Positions 53,385 to 60,642 of a DNA stretch of 60,642 nt are shown here, piece by piece (the first letter of the stretch is position 1; each line of letters begins with the position of its first letter). The position numbers were made by a program, and so were the translations under genes. Origin of the DNA: Nitrospira sp. (GTDB lineage Bacteria > Nitrospirota > Nitrospiria > Nitrospirales > Nitrospiraceae); assembly GCA_003135435.1 (NCBI GenBank), contig PLBR01000102.1:13303-73944 (forward strand). Direction: 5' to 3'. The notes under the pieces were generated by a model. That model worked only from the letters and a program-made list of their open reading frames with translations, ran no database searches and was not told the origin of the DNA.

Positions 53385-53585
53385 TTATGCCCACTTAATG
53401 CCTAAAGGTTGGGTGCTGTCAGCTGTCAGTCGTTGGGTGTCGGTGGCTGCGGGGATCGTGGTCCACTTGTTCGTCACCGGGTTCCAGCACACGAGGTCAC
53501 CCTTCTGCGCATAATTTGAGGTGTCCGGGTGACTGTCGGCGGGCGTGACGGGGATTGAGATGTTGGATGGAACGATGGCGCTCAT
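53385..53585 (-). CDS. 66-aa protein, paralogue of 53623..53823
   Basis: Shares YAQKGDL....N..T......P......Q.LT.DS....LGIKWA with its neighbour. Confidence 0.6.
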   Translation of the reverse strand: MSAIVPSNISIPVTPADSHPDTSNYAQKGDLVCWNPVTNKWTTIPAATDTQRLTADSTQPLGIKWA

Positions 53586-53622
53586 GCTGGTTGTTTCCTT
53601 AATTCGTTAGAGGGTGAACTTC

Positions 53623-53823
53623 TTATGCCCACTTGATGCCAAGCGCGGTCGATGAATCGAGGGTCAAGATCTGACCATTCGTACCCACCGGAAGCCGTTC
53701 AAACTTCAGCGTGGTCGTGTTATACACTCGGAGATCTCCCTTCTGCCCGTAGATCATGGGGTCTTGCGTAGCATCGTTGCCTGGGAGTTCCGGGGAATAG
53801 TTGCCGGGAATGACACCTGCCAT
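53623..53823 (-). CDS. 66-aa protein, paralogue of 53385..53585
   Basis: MAGVIPGNYSPELPGNDATQDPMIYGQKGDLRVYNTTTLKFERLPVGTNGQILTLDSSTALGIKWA. The pattern recalls N-terminal modules of phage tail-fibre/receptor-binding proteins. Confidence 0.6.
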   Translation of the reverse strand: MAGVIPGNYSPELPGNDATQDPMIYGQKGDLRVYNTTTLKFERLPVGTNGQILTLDSSTALGIKWA

Positions 53824-53865
53824 AGTAATTTTTCCTTTATGTGGTGAGGTTGTTGTGGCCGACTG

Positions 53866-56403
53866 TTACTGCTGCGCGGGAGGATTGGCGATGGTGTCGA
53901 GGCTATCGTACTGCCGTGATCCTCCGACTCCAAAGCCAAAGTCTGTAGAGGCGTTTTCTCTCGCAGCGCGTTCCATATACCGTGCCTTGACGCGCTTCTT
54001 GATCAGGTCCTCGGTAGCCAGTTCTCGTTGTGCGGCTGGTGCCTGTGGGAACCGCCTGTCGAACTCTGCGCGGATCGCGGCTCGCTCTTTGGTGTCCGCT
54101 TCCGCCTGCGTGAGTGGCTTGGCTGGCACGAACGTGTCGCCATTCCAGTGACCAGGATTCCCATACTTCGCATACTTCGACTCGTCGGAGAACGTGGGAT
54201 GATTAGGAAGCTTGAACGTATCCGGCCAGTGTCCCGTCTTTGGATCAGGTTTGATTCCCGCTTGGAATGCCCCACGGAGATCGTAGTCTTGACCACTGTC
54301 TCGCGGTGCGTAGACCTTCTTCCACTCTTGGAACTTTACTTCGTCGGCTGGTGAGAGTTTCGTGCGAAGGTGATCGAAGTTGGCGGGCTGGTGATCGGCT
54401 ACAGGCTCTTTCCCGTTAAACCTGCGGGCCGCATCGTGACCTTCCTTAAGGATACCAGAAGCGTTCGCACGATCCATCAGGGCGATCCGGTCAGTCTCTG
54501 CCTGGGCCTTCATCACCTGCAGCTCCTCGTCAGGGCCTTGATGTACCCACTCGCCGTTCTTGTTCTTGAAATCTCCACCGATCTGACTGTTGTGTGTGAT
54601 CGCCTTCGCCGCCGTCTCTGACAAGGCCAGATCCGTGATGATCTTTTGTTTCGCCTTCTCGGTGTCCTGTCGCTTCTTCTCCTCCCGGGCCATGTCGTTG
54701 TAGTTGAACGCGGTCGGTTCGACGCGCTTCCGCATCTCAGCAGTAAACGCAGCCTGGGAGATGTTGGGATGGTGATCGAGGTATTCGATACCTTGCGCTC
54801 TAAAATCTGACTGGGCGAGCGTGGCTGCTATGTTGCCTGTTCCAAACAACGCGGTCTCATCTTTCAAGCTCGCCTTGCCCACTCCGCTTTCGAGGACGGC
54901 ATAGCCTGGATCAGATAAGAAGTTGTGATATTTTAGGTCCGCTTGCCCCATTGTTTTGTTGAGTTCATGCGAACGGAGCCAGCCTTCCACGCCAATGCGA
55001 TGATCCTTCATGGCCTGATCAATCATCCCGGTGGTCTTCGTGGTGCCTGGGTGTTGTGTGATTTCTGCTCGGAGTTGCATCTCAGTTTGCGGGAACGCTT
55101 CCTTATCCCCGAGGTCTGCGCGATGCTCACGTTGTTTCATCACTTGCTCCCCCAGGTGCTCCGCGTGTGCCGGGCTATCTTTGCGTACCTCTTCCAGTCG
55201 CCGGTCTTGTTCTGCGACATCTGCCGGACTCATCGCTTGGAGATCGGGGAAGTTGAACACGTTATTCGTGTGCGCCTGGGTGAGTTGCTTGAGCTGGAGG
55301 TCCTGTCGCTCCCAATCGTTCTTCATCCGCGAGGCGTCCACCGCTGAACGCTTGCCGGCGATCCGTTGCTCGTCTGTGCCAAGGATGGCTTGGTCTTCGA
55401 GGTAGTTCTTCGCCACCAAGTCTTGATGCTGTTGAGCCACAATGTGGTCTCTCACCGGCCCGGACATGGTGATAAAATCATTCGTCTTCGTGATGGGTGC
55501 GACACCACGCTCCTTCCGTTCCTGATCAACCGCCTGACCGATGGTGTTGACGAGTGTGGAGTCCTTCGCGTTCTTCGACGCCTGCGCGATTCCAAGCACT
55601 ACCATCTGAGTCGCTCGGGTGCCGCGCATGCCGGTTTCCCGCATGGCCTTTTCAGTCGCCGCGATCTCTACAGCAGCTGGCGCAAAGTTCCGCGCATGCG
55701 GCTCTAGCGGTTGTCCATCCGTGCCGACAAGGGAGCGCCCGATGGCTGATTCGACACTTGAGGCAAGCGTGTCCTCGCCCTTCTTCGTGCGCTCGTCCAC
55801 GATCACCGAGGTGTTGTGGGCGTTCAGGTGTGCGATGGCTTCGTGTTGGATGAACCCGTACTGACTGTCAGCCAGCTGTTTTGGGGAGAACTTCGCCGTC
55901 GCGCCGTCGTAGAGGTGATCCTTGTTGTACTGTGCGGCATGGTCCGTCGAGAACTTCTCGAACGCGCCTGGAGGAGCATCGAGTTGTGCGACCCCGGACT
56001 GTGACCAGGCGTTTGTCAGGTCAGCGGCGTAGTCATCGGCATATCGCTTGGCGTCGAGCGTCTTATAGCGATCTTCATAGAAACGTGACTGACCGGGCTC
56101 GATGAGACCTTCTCGCACGGCATCGCCATAACTTTTCTGGGTGCGAAGGTGATCCTCGTCGGCCTTGGCGAGTTGTTGGGCGGTGGACTGCTGACCGAGC
56201 CGGCCCGCATATTGTTGGAGTGCAGGATTGAGTTCCGAGAGACCAGCCGCGAATTGTTCCAGCTGGTTGACGTTGGGAACTTGCGCAACTTCTCTTTCAG
56301 TGGGAGCCTTGTATGGTGCGCCGATGATCTGGGCTTGCGGCTGGAGGTCGGGAGCTTGCACGATCTCGTCGGCAATGGCTGGACGTTTGAATGGATTGGC
56401 CAT
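53866..56403 (-). CDS. large (845 aa) phage-like structural/ejection-type protein, function unknown
   Basis: Long uninterrupted ORF, helical and charged. The C-terminal block DYDLRGAFQAGIKPDPKTGHWPDTFKLPNHPTFSDESKYA resembles a module I have seen in phage virion proteins. Confidence 0.75.
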   Translation of the reverse strand: MANPFKRPAIADEIVQAPDLQPQAQIIGAPYKAPTEREVAQVPNVNQLEQFAAGLSELNPALQQYAGRLGQQSTAQQLAKADEDHLRTQKSYGDAVREGLIEPGQSRFYEDRYKTLDAKRYADDYAADLTNAWSQSGVAQLDAPPGAFEKFSTDHAAQYNKDHLYDGATAKFSPKQLADSQYGFIQHEAIAHLNAHNTSVIVDERTKKGEDTLASSVESAIGRSLVGTDGQPLEPHARNFAPAAVEIAATEKAMRETGMRGTRATQMVVLGIAQASKNAKDSTLVNTIGQAVDQERKERGVAPITKTNDFITMSGPVRDHIVAQQHQDLVAKNYLEDQAILGTDEQRIAGKRSAVDASRMKNDWERQDLQLKQLTQAHTNNVFNFPDLQAMSPADVAEQDRRLEEVRKDSPAHAEHLGEQVMKQREHRADLGDKEAFPQTEMQLRAEITQHPGTTKTTGMIDQAMKDHRIGVEGWLRSHELNKTMGQADLKYHNFLSDPGYAVLESGVGKASLKDETALFGTGNIAATLAQSDFRAQGIEYLDHHPNISQAAFTAEMRKRVEPTAFNYNDMAREEKKRQDTEKAKQKIITDLALSETAAKAITHNSQIGGDFKNKNGEWVHQGPDEELQVMKAQAETDRIALMDRANASGILKEGHDAARRFNGKEPVADHQPANFDHLRTKLSPADEVKFQEWKKVYAPRDSGQDYDLRGAFQAGIKPDPKTGHWPDTFKLPNHPTFSDESKYAKYGNPGHWNGDTFVPAKPLTQAEADTKERAAIRAEFDRRFPQAPAAQRELATEDLIKKRVKARYMERAARENASTDFGFGVGGSRQYDSLDTIANPPAQQ

Positions 56404-56409
56404 GATGTA

Positions 56410-56712
56410 TTATCCCTTCGTCTCGTCGGCGTAGGTGTCCTTGACCATCAGGCGGATTTCGGCTCGCAGCATACCCACGTCCAGGTCTTCGTTGTCGCTG
56501 GCATAGATGGCGAGGTGCTTCGCATATTCCTGGAGCGCCCTCCGCACGAAGCTTGAGAGATTCACGGCTGGTACAAGGACCTGACAGCGTGCGATGATCT
56601 GGTCGAGGGCCGCCTTGTCAGCGGCTGGAAGCAGGATGGAGATCCGGGCGTCGGTGCCCTTGATCGTGTTCGGTCTGCGCTTGGCAGAGGTGGGGACGTA
56701 GTGGTTGCCCAT
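56410..56712 (-). CDS. small protein, possibly ribbon-helix-helix DNA-binding
   Basis: ATG at 56710-56712. RISILLPAADKAALDQIIA looks like an RHH beta-strand plus helix. Lies immediately downstream of the iteron region. Confidence 0.45.
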   Translation of the reverse strand: MGNHYVPTSAKRRPNTIKGTDARISILLPAADKAALDQIIARCQVLVPAVNLSSFVRRALQEYAKHLAIYASDNEDLDVGMLRAEIRLMVKDTYADETKG

Positions 56713-56843
56713 GATGTGAAGAACTCCTGTTGTTGTAGGTTGATGGTGAGGGAGGCTTGATACTATTTGCTGAAAAAAGGTGCATGAATCCGAATGGTTA
56801 CCCGCCAGCATGAGCCAGCGGGTGAGTAAGCGGGGAGGAACGT

Positions 56844-57119
56844 AAGTGGTCCACAGAGCACCAGGCGAAATCGAATGATGATCTCCACAGAGGGGAACAT
56901 TGAAAAAACCGTGGAATGTGAGTGGTCCATGGACCAGGCTGTTGCGAAAAAGTGTTAGTGGTCCGCAGAGTACGTCCTAAAATCGAATGATGATCCTCCA
57001 AGGAGTGTGTCCTGAAATCGAATGATGATCTCCACAGATGAGTACATAGCAAGTGCAGTGCTGAAGGTCGCCGGGTGACCGGCTCAGACGAAATGAAAAA
57101 ATGTTTCTCTTCCACAGAG
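56844..57119. repeat. iteron-like direct repeats in a 570-bp ORF-poor spacer
   Basis: AAATCGAATGATGATCTCCACAGA at 56868-56891 and 57015-57038 are identical over 24 bp, with a variant at 56980-57003. AGTGGTCCRYRGA occurs at 56844, 56920 and 56956. TCCACAGAG recurs at 57111. Confidence 0.7.
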
Positions 57120-57285
57120 GAAGTAGTTGCAAATGCACCCTGCCCACACCACGACTTACGTGCAAACATTCAAGTAGAATTAGAAGGTTGCGTTGAATCG
57201 TGGCGTGGGCGTAGGCGATGAGGCTAGTTGGCACGGGTTTAGTATGTCGTCTTGTTCAAGTAAACCTTAAGGGTGCAGGGTGAGG

Positions 57286-57816
57286 TTACAGGAGCCCACG
57301 TCTCCCGGCTTCCTCCATGCTGATGAACTCTTCATCGGCGCGCTTGTCTCCGGGGAGCCGTCTCAGTCCGGTTCTCTTCTCGCGTGCCATCCGCTTCGCT
57401 TGCTTGGCGTCGAGGAGGAGTTTCTCGTCATAACTGCGCTGTTCCTTGAGACCGTGATCGGCCCATTGCTTCAGCATCGCTTTGTCGAACCGTGCCATCT
57501 CCACGGCTTCGAGTTCGCGCTTGAACATTGGACGCCACTGCTTACCGTTGCGCATCCATGGTTGTGCGGGAGAAGCATCGACTACGCGGGCTGGCGAAGT
57601 GCTGGCGGTATAAGGCGGGAGTTCAGATATACCCGGCTCTGTCGCGTCTCCTGCCGTTAGCTTACTCGTCTCCTTACCGTTCTCCTTACCGTTCTCTTTC
57701 TCTTCTGGCGCAAGGCCCTCGTTGCTGCCGCCTTGCATGTTCCTGAGTACTTCACGAATGGCTGTCTCGCGCTTCCGGCTGCGTTCGAGTTCGAGGAGGT
57801 CACTCTTAACACTCAT
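57286..57816 (-). CDS. hypothetical protein (charged, low complexity centre)
   Basis: 176-aa ORF. ATGA overlap with the upstream gene. Confidence 0.55.
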   Translation of the reverse strand: MSVKSDLLELERSRKRETAIREVLRNMQGGSNEGLAPEEKENGKENGKETSKLTAGDATEPGISELPPYTASTSPARVVDASPAQPWMRNGKQWRPMFKRELEAVEMARFDKAMLKQWADHGLKEQRSYDEKLLLDAKQAKRMAREKRTGLRRLPGDKRADEEFISMEEAGRRGLL

Positions 57817-58541
57817 GGTCTCATTCTCCCTTGTTTATCTGGGTTCAGTTTGATCGCTCGTTGCGGGGTGCTGGTTAGCATGTGGGTGAGCACAGCGGCT
57901 TCGAAGTGTGGTGATTCGCGTAAGAAGAACCGGATGTCACGGCTGAGGAGATCGTGCAACCTGCCCACGATGAGTCGCCCGGTAGGAAAGGGCCTGGGCC
58001 GCTTCCAGCCTGGGGAGGGCTTACCCTCACGTCGTATCAGGGACGACACAGCCCGCATGATGGCGAACCGACAGAACCACTCGTCCCTTGGCACGTCTGG
58101 TTCGACTCGACAACACACGATCACGCCTAACACGGTGCTCGCTATGACCAGAGCCGCGTCATCGTCGATGGGGTAGCGGTGATGAATGTTCAAGAGGACG
58201 GCTTGAGCTTTAAGCTTAGGCTTGAGGAGCCTCCACTGGGCCAAGGTCACAGTCCGGTCGATCCGGTGGCGGAAGATGGCGGTGAGGGCGTGCAGGAGTC
58301 CTATCGTGGCTGGATCATGCCGGCGAAGGAGCTGCTTCAGGATAGCCTGACAGGATCGGATGTAAGGGAGGCGTGAGGAACGTCCCAAGGAGATACCGTT
58401 CTGGTTACCGTTCTTGGTGCTGGCGTTGTGGTGTGCCAAGCAGTGGACTTCGGCAACATGGCGTAAACGCTCACAGCCACGCACTGTGCAGGGCTTTGGC
58501 TTTGAGATAGTTCTAGTTAGAACCATTCGTGGGATGTGCAT
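57813..58541 (-). CDS. hypothetical protein with N-terminal Cys/His cluster
   Basis: 242-aa ORF, first gene of the long minus-strand array. CTVRGCERLRHVAEVHCLAHH suggests a zinc-binding element. Confidence 0.55.
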   Translation of the reverse strand: MHIPRMVLTRTISKPKPCTVRGCERLRHVAEVHCLAHHNASTKNGNQNGISLGRSSRLPYIRSCQAILKQLLRRHDPATIGLLHALTAIFRHRIDRTVTLAQWRLLKPKLKAQAVLLNIHHRYPIDDDAALVIASTVLGVIVCCRVEPDVPRDEWFCRFAIMRAVSSLIRREGKPSPGWKRPRPFPTGRLIVGRLHDLLSRDIRFFLRESPHFEAAVLTHMLTSTPQRAIKLNPDKQGRMRP

Positions 58542-59427
58542 TTTAGACCCCGGCTAGCTGGAAATGAAGAGGTGTAGACGCGATGCCGACCGTCCTGGTT
58601 GGAGTGTCAGAATGATGCCGCTCTGGATAGGCTAACGGATCTCTCATCCGTTATGATCTCTATGTTATCGCTGACTTAGTGGCTGTGCTGTCACCGATCA
58701 GGCAACAGACCCTACCTGTTGTGGTGCCCTGGGAGGTAACCTGGACGCGGTTTTGGCTGGGGCTCTGGGGGGTTTGGCGGCTTGGACGTAGGACGTACCC
58801 CAAACGAACTTTTGCTTCCAAATTATTTTGGTGAAACCATGTTGTATATCGCGCCTTTACGGTATACGAACAGTACCTCGAAGTGACCTCGACCGGTAAT
58901 TTCTGACTCCCCAAATGTGTACCAAACTGTATTCACCTGGAGCCAGTCGAGGTTCTCGAACCGTCCTCGGTGAGGCACCCAGGCGTTCACCTCCAAAACA
59001 CATACCTTCCAACTACGTGATTACAGGCCCTCATTTTGGCACCCCCACGCCAATCAACAAAATGAGAGGCCATATGTGGAGGGATGAGGAATCTGGACTC
59101 AGCCACGAGTCAGCTAGAGGCCTTCTGTGTGGTTGCTTTCGTGCCTTGTGGCATGTTATGGATCGGTTATGCTCGTAACCCACGGAGGAATCATGGACAC
59201 AACCCATTCTCGATAGGTTACGATCCTCGCCGTCCCTATTTTGATAGCGTGGAAGAATTTCCTCATTTCTCCCCCTTGACTTGGACGAACCCGAGGCTAT
59301 CTCTACTCTCGTGTTCAGCGGATCAGGGCTTCTGCTCGTTCGGGAGTACCACGGTTACGCCATCGAGTTCGAACCTGTTCTACATCGTTTAAATTCACGG
59401 GATTAACTTTACGAGGAGGGTGTCGTT

Positions 59428-59727
59428 ATGAGCACTGCAGCCAAGGAGAAGAAGGACTTAACCAAGGGGTTCTCACCTCTGGGTGACCGGGTATTCGTCA
59501 CCTACACCGAGGAACTGGACCGGACATCCGGCGGGATTTATGTGCCGGACAGCGCGAAAGAAAAACCGCAACGGGGCATCGTCCAAGCCATCGGCAAGAA
59601 GGTTGAGAATGTGAAAGTCGGTGAGCATGTTCTTTTCGACAAGTACTCAGGCAGCAAGCTCCGGATCGAAGACGAGGAATGTTTGATCCTGAAGGAAGAA
59701 GACATCCTCGGAGTCTTCACCAGCTAA
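59428..59727 (+). CDS. groES: co-chaperonin GroES
   Basis: RBS GAGGAGGG. PLGDRV.V........TSGGIY.PD.AKEKPQ.G.V.A.G ... ILKEEDILGV. Confidence 0.95.
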   Translation: MSTAAKEKKDLTKGFSPLGDRVFVTYTEELDRTSGGIYVPDSAKEKPQRGIVQAIGKKVENVKVGEHVLFDKYSGSKLRIEDEECLILKEEDILGVFTS

Positions 59728-59770
59728 TCACCATACCCACACACACTACTACAACGACGATACTTTTTAA

Positions 59771-60642
<872 letters not shown>

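Noticed and set aside
57229-57244. Sigma-54 promoter candidates for the NtrC-type regulator. The best hit is TGGCACGGGTTTAGTA in the island.
   Set aside because: It lacks the conserved TTGC at -12 and is not positioned before a gene. No other TGGCAC-N5-TTGC match was found by eye near plausible targets.
59270-59427. CIRCE operator (TTAGCACTC-N9-GAGTGCTAA) or a consensus sigma-32 promoter (CTTGAAA...CCCCAT) upstream of groES.
   Set aside because: No match is present. Only a weak TTGACT/TATCTC sigma70-like pair was seen, which is too weak to annotate as a feature.

Overview
Densely coding 60.6-kb bacterial chromosomal window. Gene content and the interspersed repeats look Nitrospira-like (Nitrospirota), but no marker or database search was possible, so this is tentative.

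**Block 1 (1-16.7 kb): molybdate/tungstate-type oxyanion uptake supercluster.**
- It is built as a divergon around a TunR-like HTH+PBP regulator.
- It contains Mop, modA, a tandem-TOBE-like protein, a YezD-like peptide and an extra beta-barrel.
- It carries two paralogous porin / ModA-like binding protein / lipoprotein triads.
- A NitT/TauT-type ABC transporter follows; its ATPase gene has an in-frame TAG.

**Block 2 (16.7-43.6 kb): housekeeping and signalling genes.**
- Genes: tex, bacterioferritin-like, trmL, ribH, ribBA, two histidine-kinase/response-regulator sets, a NarK-like MFS transporter and rpoH.
- A CCAEP-tail radical-SAM / DUF169 / ATP-grasp cluster and a J-domain protein fused to a degenerate ERCC4-like domain sit among them.
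- Decayed genes: an OMP fragment, a transposase tail and a receiver-domain pseudogene.
- At least four families of short interspersed repeats occur here. Two are MITE-like with terminal inverted repeats ending in CTAG/CTAA, and these ends often supply the stop codon of the adjacent gene.

**Block 3 (43.6 to about 59 kb): tyrosine-integrase-led island between rpoH and groES-groEL.**
- A visibly AT-richer cargo of small membrane, GrlR-like and MtlR-like genes lies next to the integrase.
- An iteron-rich intergenic region lies within the long minus-strand gene array.
- A long same-strand array of phage-like genes follows.
- A 497-aa protein in that array carries a minimal family-A polymerase motif set.

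**Block 4 (59.4 kb to the end):** groES and the 5' part of groEL.

The best candidates for an undescribed system are the PolA-like/iteron island, the radical-SAM/DUF169/ATP-grasp trio, and the duplicated porin-PBP-lipoprotein triads. All functional calls rest on reading the translated ORFs and remembered family signatures.
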